A stretch of DNA of 64,000 nt from a virus (Duplodnaviria > Caudoviricetes), in the IMG/VR virus record IMGVR_UViG_3300031998_000039, positions 1 to 64,000 of that record; one strand, 5' to 3'. The notes beneath the pieces were generated by a model, which made no database searches, had not been told where the DNA came from, and saw only the letters and a list, made by a program, of their open reading frames with translations. Position 1 is the first letter of the stretch. Every line of letters begins with the position of its first letter. This document shows positions 48,869 through 56,256 of this stretch, piece after piece. The translations under genes and the position numbers were made by a program.

Positions 48869-49792
48869 TTATTCTCCTAATACAATTTTCTTTGCCCAGT
48901 TCATTGCTTGTGAACTTACTGCCTTGCCAAAGTACTGACTACTAATTACATCTGCTATCAGTTCGGGTTCTTCTTTGATAACATCATCGTAGATGCGTTT
49001 CGGAAGGTTACGGGCTACAACAGCCATATCCTTGGGAGTTATCTGCTCTGGTAATAAACCTTCATCTATTTGCTTATTTATATCCTTACGAACTCTTGCT
49101 TCGGTGACAACTTCTGCAGCTACCTCTTCAGCATGTGCTTTTTCGAGCAGATGTTCAGGATCAAGCACTTTCTTCTCATGGTTATGTTGCTTTGTTTCCG
49201 AAAAACTATCGTTGATAACTTTAAGATAAAAAGGATTTCTGCAATCAGGATCATTAAGTTTTGTCATGTTCTTACAAACACAACCTTCGATAGCATTACC
49301 ATACATAGGCTGATTAAAGAATGACTTAACATGCTCCCATGATACAAATGGGCCGTCATAATAGGTATGTACATAAATCAGTCCATGTGATTCCGCATAC
49401 GCTTTAACTTCATCTTGAGGTAGCCACTGTTCTGTATCTTTATCAAATATGTCATATACATACCACTTGTTATATGCATCTTTGTCATATTTAACCGTAT
49501 GCGGTACTAACCACTCGCCATATAAACAACGATTGCCTAAATCACGGAACTTTTCTTTATCAAGCGTCTGTACGAAATTCCAAAAACCACGCAAATTGTT
49601 AGTCATATTGAGTTCATTCTTACGGCTAAAAGCTTTAAGTTCACCGTCTTCCCAAGCAATCTGGGCATTACAACCGTCCACTTTTGTCTGGATAACGACT
49701 CTATCTCCCACCTCAAACGCTCCAGTATTAGCTGCAACCATTCCGTCTTCACTGTTCTCTTTAACTCTGACTATATCCATAAAGTGCTTCAT
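48869..49792 (-). CDS. ATP-dependent RNA ligase (Rnl2-like)
   Basis: KVDGCN adenylation motif, SRK, YGEW, YDI, EGCV.KN. Confidence 0.8.
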   Translation of the reverse strand: MKHFMDIVRVKENSEDGMVAANTGAFEVGDRVVIQTKVDGCNAQIAWEDGELKAFSRKNELNMTNNLRGFWNFVQTLDKEKFRDLGNRCLYGEWLVPHTVKYDKDAYNKWYVYDIFDKDTEQWLPQDEVKAYAESHGLIYVHTYYDGPFVSWEHVKSFFNQPMYGNAIEGCVCKNMTKLNDPDCRNPFYLKVINDSFSETKQHNHEKKVLDPEHLLEKAHAEEVAAEVVTEARVRKDINKQIDEGLLPEQITPKDMAVVARNLPKRIYDDVIKEEPELIADVISSQYFGKAVSSQAMNWAKKIVLGE

Positions 49793-49826
49793 GATTTCTT
49801 CTCCTGTTCATTTAATTATTATTTTG

Positions 49827-50498
49827 TTATGAGGCTGTTTCCAAAGGTAATAATGGCAATATATGATCTTGCTCATATATAAATGGTTTAATATCTGTTT
49901 TAGTTATATCATTCAAGTAATTTCTTAACCATTCATAATCAGAATTATGTTCTTTATAATATGCATCAATTCTTTTATATTTTAAGTTAAAATATTGACA
50001 TAACCTTTTTAAAGAAGTACGAAAACCATTGTATACAAACATCACATTACTTCTTTTATTATTTGCTTGCTCATATATATCAACAAAACGACAATTTTCT
50101 GGACAATAATTTTTTTCGTTATTTATACGATCGATAGTTAAAGAATTATTATAACCATGTTCAAATGCCCAGTTTTCAAACGTTTTATACGATTGCTCCC
50201 ATTCGGGACATATGTTAATTATATGATTACCTTGGTGATAAACTTTATAACTGTCAGTATTTGGATTTTTACATCGAGTTTTAATATTTATCCAAATAGC
50301 ATGTAATCGTTGATTTAATACTTCGTCTTGACACCTACACGGATTGCTGCCACGATAATAATGACTGCGCCACATAGTATAATGTTTGTTGCAAAATTTA
50401 CATTTTACTTCAATCAAAACATTCTTACCCACTCGTTCTATTGATTGAATATATTGTGCGCCATGCTGATTTTCATTCTTAATTTTACCTCGACTCAT
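49827..50498 (-). CDS. HNH-type homing endonuclease
   Basis: W.NIKTRC.NP..I.IC.EW..F.NW..LTIDRINN..Y.PENCR...QANN. Confidence 0.8.
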   Translation of the reverse strand: MSRGKIKNENQHGAQYIQSIERVGKNVLIEVKCKFCNKHYTMWRSHYYRGSNPCRCQDEVLNQRLHAIWINIKTRCKNPNTDSYKVYHQGNHIINICPEWEQSYKTFENWAFEHGYNNSLTIDRINNEKNYCPENCRFVDIYEQANNKRSNVMFVYNGFRTSLKRLCQYFNLKYKRIDAYYKEHNSDYEWLRNYLNDITKTDIKPFIYEQDHILPLLPLETAS

Positions 50499-50937
50499 TT
50501 TTCTCCCGTTCTTCAAGATGTTTAATAAGTTTTTCGCAATACCATCGACTCTTTAAAACGTCTTGTAACCCATTCTTCTTTTTGTAACGACAGATATATT
50601 TCAGCACATTAGCTACACAAACCGCTTCAATTCCAGTAAGGTCTTCCGTAAATGCTTCAATATAATCAATCACTTCCAACCCATTCTTGCTTTTGTAATG
50701 CCCGGGATTTACCGCAGGATCTTTGCTTTCATATATAGATTTCTTTGCTAACTTCTCTGCTCTAATCTTTGCAAGTTCCTCTTTACTCTTTGGATGCTTG
50801 CCCTTATAGTTAGGTGAGATTTCTGTCAAATCTGTATCAGGAATAGGATTCTTCAAAATCTGTCCTGTCAACGAAACAATTTCGTCAGCTTTTGTTACTG
50901 TCGGTATAACGGGTGCATAAGGATCAATATGTTCCAT
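50485..50937 (-). CDS. DUF3310-family protein
   Basis: VNPGHY..EVIDYI..NVLKY..RY.KKNG.QD..K..WY. Confidence 0.75.
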   Translation of the reverse strand: MEHIDPYAPVIPTVTKADEIVSLTGQILKNPIPDTDLTEISPNYKGKHPKSKEELAKIRAEKLAKKSIYESKDPAVNPGHYKSKNGLEVIDYIEAFTEDLTGIEAVCVANVLKYICRYKKKNGLQDVLKSRWYCEKLIKHLEEREKNESR

Positions 50938-51193
50938 TTTTTATTCTCCTTTCAATATCATTTATTATAACAAGCAGTATGATATATGGACATTTATCCA
51001 TACATACTTTTTTACCTGCTTTTTGTAAATGATTATAAAACCATAATGCTCCTTTTTCATTATCAAAAACAGTTACAATCGGTTCTTCATCATGCAAAAA
51101 ATATTCAGTTACAGTGTAAACACAATCCTTTATTATATTTGTCATTTGTTTACTCGTTTCTTGCTTTTCAATATTTTTTAAAATTTCACCCAT
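50924..51193 (-). CDS. Hypothetical protein
   Basis: SD AAGGAG; 89-aa ORF. Confidence 0.6.
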   Translation of the reverse strand: MGEILKNIEKQETSKQMTNIIKDCVYTVTEYFLHDEEPIVTVFDNEKGALWFYNHLQKAGKKVCMDKCPYIILLVIINDIERRIKNGTY

Positions 51194-51212
51194 ATTTATT
51201 CTCCTTTAAATA

Positions 51213-51464
51213 TCATTTATCTTTAAACTTTTCTAATTCTTCTTTAGTAGGTGTTAATCCTCTTGCAAGCATATTAGAAATTATATTAACTTCTGTGTAT
51301 TGGTTGCATTCTGGACAACGAATAACATCAATTTTTGTTCGATCCCAATTTATATCCATTACATCAAGATAAGTAATATCTTTCTTTATATATCCTATCT
51401 CAGCTCCACATTTTTCACAAACAGTAACTTTATAAGCATTACCATGTTTTAATATAACAGACAT
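51213..51464 (-). CDS. Zinc-ribbon protein
   Basis: CEKC..CPEC; SD AAGGAG. Confidence 0.75.
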   Translation of the reverse strand: MSVILKHGNAYKVTVCEKCGAEIGYIKKDITYLDVMDINWDRTKIDVIRCPECNQYTEVNIISNMLARGLTPTKEELEKFKDK

Positions 51465-51484
51465 ATTATTCTCCTTTCAAAATA

Positions 51485-51601
51485 TCATTCGGGTAAGGAT
51501 TTGCACCTTACATAAAACAAAGACTTCACTCCTCACGGCTTGTACCAACCGTTCTTCTCATGTTGTACACCATTAGCGTCTACCTATTCCGCCACCGAAT
51601 G
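51485..51601 (-). ncRNA. Anticodon-less tRNA-like RNA, copy B
   Basis: Two substitutions relative to 17715-17831; one turns a G-C pair into G-U. Confidence 0.8.
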
Positions 51602-51620
51602 AAATTTTGGTTTTATTGGG

Positions 51621-51719
51621 TTACTTTATGTTTTTCCTAAAGTCATCTTTCATATCAACATACAACCAACTAAAAGCACTAATTACTGTAATCAACGTTA
51701 ATACTTTTAAAAAAATCAT
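51621..51719 (-). CDS. 32-aa single-TM peptide (MIFLKVLTLITVISAFSWLYVDMKDDFRKNIK)
   Basis: SD AGGAGG; own translation; the stop codon is the TAA of the junction repeat. Confidence 0.7.
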   Translation of the reverse strand: MIFLKVLTLITVISAFSWLYVDMKDDFRKNIK

Positions 51720-51745
51720 CTTTCCTCCTAAAATTATCACATAAA

Positions 51746-51964
51746 TTAAGACCAAATATGAGAATTAACTATATCATCAACTGTTAAATTCATTAATTCA
51801 ATTTGAATATTATCAAGTTCATCAACAATATTTGTATGCCCAGATATTTGAGCAAGTTCTTTAACAAATTCGATTGTTGTTATAATTGCAGGACGGCAAT
51901 ATGGTTCTATAAATGATGAATGTTCATATTTTTTAACAACTTTTTTTAATTGTTCTGCTGTCAT
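51746..51964 (-). CDS. Hypothetical protein (72 aa)
   Basis: SD AGGAGG before ATG 51964. Confidence 0.7.
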   Translation of the reverse strand: MTAEQLKKVVKKYEHSSFIEPYCRPAIITTIEFVKELAQISGHTNIVDELDNIQIELMNLTVDDIVNSHIWS

Positions 51965-51984
51965 CTTTCCTCCTAAAATGGTTA

Positions 51985-52139
51985 TCATTCGGGTTAGGAT
52001 TTGCACCTAACATGATATATATACAGGAATATATATCCAGCGATGGAGCTACCAATCTTACCTGCGTCTACTATTACTCGTGGACTAAAAGTCTTTTTGC
52101 CGAGTTTTACCATAGCCATGTCTATTCCGCCACCGAATG
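51985..52139 (-). ncRNA. Anticodon-less tRNA-like RNA, copy C (different payload, 50-nt D-loop insertion)
   Basis: Same acceptor and D-stem; T-stem GTTAGG/CCTAAC is a compensatory change versus GTAAGG/CCTTAC. Confidence 0.8.
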
Positions 52140-52158
52140 AAATTTTGGTTTTATGGGG

Positions 52159-52350
52159 TTATTGTAATAAATCCTTCCGTTTCAAGTTTTCTTCAATCAT
52201 AACCCACTTATTACCATCAAACTTATATAAATCCCCATATATAGTCAAAATGGAATTACAAAGGTTTGTATCAACTCTCGTTCCATTTGTTGCTTTGAGG
52301 ATTTCTATAAAATCTTCTTTAGGCATTGCCCTTTGTTTGCTAAAATCCAT
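52159..52350 (-). CDS. Hypothetical protein
   Basis: Bounded by junction repeats. Confidence 0.7.
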   Translation of the reverse strand: MDFSKQRAMPKEDFIEILKATNGTRVDTNLCNSILTIYGDLYKFDGNKWVMIEENLKRKDLLQ

Positions 52351-52377
52351 CTTTCCTCCTAAAATGGTTATATGGGG

Positions 52378-52728
52378 TTATTTGTCTGTCCATGACTTGA
52401 ATGCACATATCTTTTCTACTAATCCACTAGTATCTCCATCGAATGTAATGGCTCTATCATCAACATAAACAAGGGCAGGTGGTTTTACGTCTGAAATTCT
52501 GTCAAATTTAATGTTGTATTTTTCAAGCCATCCTTTCATAGCAATCTTACCCGTAGGATAGACACTTCTTGTTGATACTATTACAACCTCATAACCTTTT
52601 TCACGCAAATTGTCTATAGTTTCTTTAATTCCTTGCACTGGTTCATCAGATATTATATCGTGACCTTGCCATCCACTTTTATAACTATGAATCACACCAT
52701 CAAAATCAAATACGATTGTCTTTTTCAT
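52378..52728 (-). CDS. HAD-family phosphatase
   Basis: FDFDGV, IVSTR, KP, YVDDRA. Confidence 0.8.
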   Translation of the reverse strand: MKKTIVFDFDGVIHSYKSGWQGHDIISDEPVQGIKETIDNLREKGYEVVIVSTRSVYPTGKIAMKGWLEKYNIKFDRISDVKPPALVYVDDRAITFDGDTSGLVEKICAFKSWTDK

Positions 52729-52754
52729 CTTTCTTCTCCTTTGGTTTTATTGGG

Positions 52755-52979
52755 TTAGCCCTTAAGGTAAAGAGAATAATCGGACATTTCATCAAAACCA
52801 CATCCGTTATTTGTAGGCTTTATCTCTTTTATTTCTTCATTAAGTTGATTTTCGCAAAATTCAACCAACCACTTTTTCAAGCCTTTAATTTCATTAGGTT
52901 GAAAATATGAAAAACTCCCATCTGGCCTAATATGCTTTATGATACAAGCAAGTATTTCTTTTACATTCTCGTCTATCAT
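52755..52979 (-). CDS. Hypothetical protein
   Basis: Bounded by junction repeats. Confidence 0.7.
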   Translation of the reverse strand: MIDENVKEILACIIKHIRPDGSFSYFQPNEIKGLKKWLVEFCENQLNEEIKEIKPTNNGCGFDEMSDYSLYLKG

Positions 52980-53012
52980 AATCTTCCCCTCCTAAATGGT
53001 TATTTTATGGGG

Positions 53013-53141
53013 TTACTCAGTATCGCTATCATCTGGACTCCAACCGTTCATTGTAAATGCCCATGCAACAACAAAAATCCAAAAGAATGCCACAGCAACT
53101 ATGCCACCTAATGCCAAAAATAATTGTAATACAATATTCAT
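53013..53141 (-). CDS. 42-aa single-TM peptide
   Basis: SD AGGAGG before ATG 53141; hydrophobic core and acidic tail. Confidence 0.7.
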   Translation of the reverse strand: MNIVLQLFLALGGIVAVAFFWIFVVAWAFTMNGWSPDDSDTE

Positions 53142-53223
53142 ATTTCCTCCTAAAATGGTTATTGAAAATTTCTGAGGGTGACCGAAGTCAGCCCTCAGTA
53201 TAAACTTAAAAGGTTTCAATACT

Positions 53224-53400
53224 CTAAAATGGTTCTTTTAATTCTGCCTCACATTTAGGACATATTTTTGGACAATCATCGTATTGATACCAGTAGCCAC
53301 ACTCTGAACAACAGTACCCATAAACATTTTGATTATTAAAAAATCCACCATTTATCCAATGTGGTATCCATTTTCCGATTTTTTTATTCTTCTCCGTCAT
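53224..53400 (-). CDS. Zinc-ribbon protein (58 aa)
   Basis: Own translation MTEKNKKIGKWI..CSECG..CPKCEAEL. Confidence 0.7.
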   Translation of the reverse strand: MTEKNKKIGKWIPHWINGGFFNNQNVYGYCCSECGYWYQYDDCPKICPKCEAELKEPF

Positions 53401-53749
53401 CTTCTACAAACTCCCATGCAATATTCTTGTATAGCCACTGTCTTGACATATCGCAAGCATCATATCTACTCATACTTTCAATATGGGGTTTAATTGTTCC
53501 ACTAATCTCCCAACCAATAATAGTTGCAGGAATTGCAGTGCATTGCATAACAATAAGATATTTGGTTGTTTGAATTACTTCTGCTTCATATACCACTTTA
53601 CAATGATGTTCTCTGCCATTGATATCATAATCATGCGTATTTAATTCATCACTGGCGTTAGCATAAAAAAACTTATCCCCAACTTTAACATGAAGCAGTT
53701 CGTTAGGTGTCAGTGCTTGCATACGTTTAAAGTCCACATAACAGTTCAT
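53384..53749 (-). CDS. Hypothetical protein
   Basis: SD AAGGAG; 121-aa ORF. Confidence 0.65.
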   Translation of the reverse strand: MNCYVDFKRMQALTPNELLHVKVGDKFFYANASDELNTHDYDINGREHHCKVVYEAEVIQTTKYLIVMQCTAIPATIIGWEISGTIKPHIESMSRYDACDMSRQWLYKNIAWEFVEDDGEE

Positions 53750-53760
53750 TCTTCTTCTCC

Positions 53761-54057
53761 TTATTCAGTTTTATTGATACATCCAGCTATAATTGATTTG
53801 CACTCTGTTGGATATTTATATTGGAATGTTGACCAAACATATACTTGTTCATCTGGCTTAATCTCACCGCTTGCATCGTAATACTTATTATGAATACGTG
53901 TTATAAAGTGATTCATAACCGGCATATAACAAATGATCCCGCCGAATCTTTCTTCAAGTATTTTTGCAAACCAATAACAATATCCGAATAAGAAAAGTGT
54001 TTTAGCTGAACCAAAACCTTCAATAAATTTTAATATCTCACTCTCAGTCATTTTCAT
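53761..54057 (-). CDS. Hypothetical protein (G.CY.FA..H...YD..G, papain-like triad pattern)
   Basis: Motif pattern in the ORF. Confidence 0.6.
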   Translation of the reverse strand: MKMTESEILKFIEGFGSAKTLFLFGYCYWFAKILEERFGGIICYMPVMNHFITRIHNKYYDASGEIKPDEQVYVWSTFQYKYPTECKSIIAGCINKTE

Positions 54058-54277
54058 TTTCCGCCCTTAATATTTTTAATGCTTCAACTGCATCGAATCG
54101 TGTTGTAAATACATACTTATCAAGCATATCGAATTTAAATAGGTGCGCCTGTTTTGTTTTTTCATCAACCCCAACCGCATAATCTTCGCCAACAGTACGG
54201 ATAACCAATTCAATTACTTCATAGGTATTACAACTTGGAACTACATCACATAAGAAAACCCTGTCATCCTTTAACAT
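54044..54277 (-). CDS. Hypothetical protein
   Basis: SD GGAGG. Confidence 0.65.
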   Translation of the reverse strand: MLKDDRVFLCDVVPSCNTYEVIELVIRTVGEDYAVGVDEKTKQAHLFKFDMLDKYVFTTRFDAVEALKILRAENEND

Positions 54278-54498
54278 CTTTTTCCTCCCATAATTTATAT
54301 CGTGTTGCTTTAAAAGAAAAGGCTTTGCAAATTCAACCGAATGTATACAAACAGCATTTACAAAGCCTTTTTAATTGTGAGTTTTAAATCATCACTGGAT
54401 TTGCTGTGAGTGTATCTGGGGGAATATTCATTCCCATCCCGAATAAATAATCTACTCCCCATCGTCGTGCTGTGCCTGAGCATGATGTTGTAGGATAA

Positions 54499-54570
54499 CA
54501 GAGGCTGAAGGTAACGCTCCTTCTTCGTCTGGTTCAAAGCCAGAAATGTCCACTTGTCCACTAAGCCCCT
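54499..54570 (-). tRNA. tRNA-Gln(TTG), atypical T-loop
   Basis: AGGGGCT/AGCCTCT acceptor; TCTGG-CTTTGAA-CCAGA; T-arm GAAGG-AGCGTTA-CCTTC. Confidence 0.7.
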
Positions 54571-54680
54571 ATATTTTATGAGTTGCACATCTAAACCTAA
54601 TGGTTGTTAGCCAATGAGGAACACACTTCGATAGTTTTTTGAGATTAATTTGCTTTAAGTTTCGGCGCATTAAGCCGAAA

Positions 54681-54748
54681 TGGACGGAAGAGGAGTCGAA
54701 CCTCTAACTACTTGACACAAGTTGTTCTTCCAATTGAACTATCCGCCC
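54681..54748 (-). tRNA. tRNA-like gene with collapsed anticodon loop (pseudo-tRNA)
   Basis: Intact acceptor, D and T arms; anticodon arm only ACTTG-TGT-CAAGT (13 nt). Confidence 0.6.
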
Positions 54749-54795
54749 TACCAAAACATGGCAAGAAAAGTTTTTGCTTTTACATATTTAGGGGA

Positions 54796-54869
54796 CGATC
54801 ATGACGGGACTTGAACCCGTGACCTCCAACGTGACAGACTGGCGTTCTAACCAACTGAACTACATGACC
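54796..54869 (-). tRNA. tRNA-Asp(GTC)
   Basis: Full cloverleaf, loop CT-GTC-AC, G73. Confidence 0.9.
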
Positions 54870-54872
54870 AAA

Positions 54873-54945
54873 CGGCTCCAGCAGGACTTGAACCTACGAC
54901 ACCCTGATTAACAGTCAGATGCTCTACCAACTGAGCTATGGAGCC
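54873..54945 (-). tRNA. tRNA-Asn(GTT)
   Basis: Full cloverleaf, loop CT-GTT-AA, G73. Confidence 0.92.
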
Positions 54946-55012
54946 ATATCTGCTTCTAACCTTTAATAGGATTAAAAGCAGATTTTAAGAAAGCACATGA
55001 TATGAAAAATAC

Positions 55013-55083
55013 AGCCTTCAGACGGATTCGAACCGCCATAGCTTGATTACAGGTCAAGAGTACTACCGTTGTACGATGAAGGC
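55013..55083 (-). tRNA. tRNA-Thr(TGT) with C33
   Basis: Cloverleaf GCCTTCA/TGAAGGC, loop CC-TGT-AA. Confidence 0.75.
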
Positions 55084-55136
55084 TTGACCATTACTGGTCA
55101 TATATCAAAAGAGGTTTCAAATGGGGTATCACGTAA

Positions 55137-55208
55137 TTGCAGAAGCGGGATTCGAACCCGCGTCTCAGCCTTATGAGGGCTGCGAGGCATCCACTCCTCT
55201 ATTCTGCG
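55137..55208 (-). tRNA. tRNA-Met(CAT), initiator-type acceptor
   Basis: C1xA72 mismatch, A11-U24, loop CT-CAT-AA; anticodon stem CAGCC/GGCTG lacks GGG/CCC. Confidence 0.85.
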
Positions 55209-55359
55209 ATAACGCTCGATCTTAACCAGCCTACATCGAGCATAGGTTTTTTGTATGTATTATCGGGGAGGATAGTACATACATGGGAGGGCTTGCTATC
55301 CAAACAAGCCAAGCAATAGGTGTCCCCCGTGTCATATTAAACACTCCTATTGCTTAAAA

Positions 55360-55416
55360 CGGGCGGGCGAGATTTGAACCTCGCCTACATTGCTGTATGG
55401 GGATAGTACCACGCCC
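55360..55416 (-). ncRNA. Minimal tRNA-like element (acceptor plus T-arm, no D-arm)
   Basis: GGGCG/CGCCC; GGCGAG-GTTCAAAT-CTCGCC; TACA-GCAA-TGTA hairpin. Confidence 0.45.
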
Positions 55417-55461
55417 TAATGAAAGGAAAACTGTATCATGACAAGACACTATGAAATGTCG

Positions 55462-55995
55462 TCAATACTCATCTGTACGCCAATCGAAATTGCGAAATCT
55501 TGCTTCAGGATATACAAAATTAATTATTTCTGCATCTGTATAACCGTTACGCTCCATTTCTTCAGCCAAAGCTTTACGCCAATGATTATGCATTGGACGA
55601 TGTATTCCCTCGATTGTAGCTTTTTCACCTTGTTCTTTAACACGTTCAATTATACGTTTATCGTTCCAATCACTTAAACGACTTGTGTCAAAAGGAATCT
55701 TCTTACGTTTGCAACGTCTATATTCTCTTAAGATATCGTTTAACTGCCATGTTAACATATCGGTTTCTTCATAATCTATCCAGCTACCTGATAAATAGGC
55801 TTTATAAACCCCATCATGACAGAATGATAAATACGGCACATAAGGATAATAAGGTATCAAATCTCTTGGCTCATTCAATTTAATTGGATAATTTCTTTCA
55901 TCCTTAGTTATGTATAACTGAATTTTATCTATATCATATCTGCCTATCATAACTACGCTATCATACAAATCACATTTGCCGCTAAATTGACTCAT
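55462..55995 (-). CDS. Hypothetical phage protein
   Basis: MSQFSGKCDLYD..DLIPYYPY; 177-aa ORF. Confidence 0.75.
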   Translation of the reverse strand: MSQFSGKCDLYDSVVMIGRYDIDKIQLYITKDERNYPIKLNEPRDLIPYYPYVPYLSFCHDGVYKAYLSGSWIDYEETDMLTWQLNDILREYRRCKRKKIPFDTSRLSDWNDKRIIERVKEQGEKATIEGIHRPMHNHWRKALAEEMERNGYTDAEIINFVYPEARFRNFDWRTDEY

Positions 55996-56177
55996 ATCTT
56001 TACCTCGTTGGGTATTGTAACCCTTTGATCATCAGCAATACTTGGAAGCAGATGAAATAGATTCTTCAATGCATTAACTGCAGCTTCTTTTGTTGCCGCT
56101 TCAATTTTGTGTCCTTCAGAATCTTCTGCTGTCCAAGGGAATCGCTTGTTATTTGTTCTATAAGTTTTTATTTCCAT
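55992..56177 (-). CDS. Small hypothetical protein
   Basis: First ORF after the promoter; SD AAGGA. Confidence 0.6.
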   Translation of the reverse strand: MEIKTYRTNNKRFPWTAEDSEGHKIEAATKEAAVNALKNLFHLLPSIADDQRVTIPNEVKI

Positions 56178-56206
56178 GTTGTTGGTTCCTTAATTTTTAT
56201 AGTGAT

Positions 56207-56235
56207 ATAATACCATATAACTTTTATTTTGTCAA
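56207..56235 (-). promoter_or_regulatory. Sigma-A/sigma-70 type promoter upstream of the tRNA cluster and small-gene region
   Basis: TTGACA-17 nt-TATTAT with extended TG. Confidence 0.8.
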
Positions 56236-56256
56236 CACATAATTTTTAGATTGATG

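Larger units (their letters stand above)
51602..53240 (-). repeat. Array of conserved cassette-junction repeats between small genes
   Basis: TAACCC(C/A)ATA(AAA) at gene ends (51623, 52161, 52380, 52757, 53015); TAACCATTT(T)AGGAGG before starts (51964, 52350, 52979, 53141); degenerate copies before 51719 and at 53224-53240. Confidence 0.85.

Noticed and set aside
51602-53240. CRISPR array
   Set aside because: The intervening units are whole genes or RNAs of very unequal length, the repeats are degenerate, and no cas operon is present
51602-53240. Classical integron attC cassettes
   Set aside because: Junctions are only about 30 nt, lack the GTTRRRY core and long palindrome, and the integrase looks like an ordinary phage Int beside attP
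54358-55319. ORFs 54358-54588 and 55137-55319
   Set aside because: They overlap tRNA genes and structured RNA
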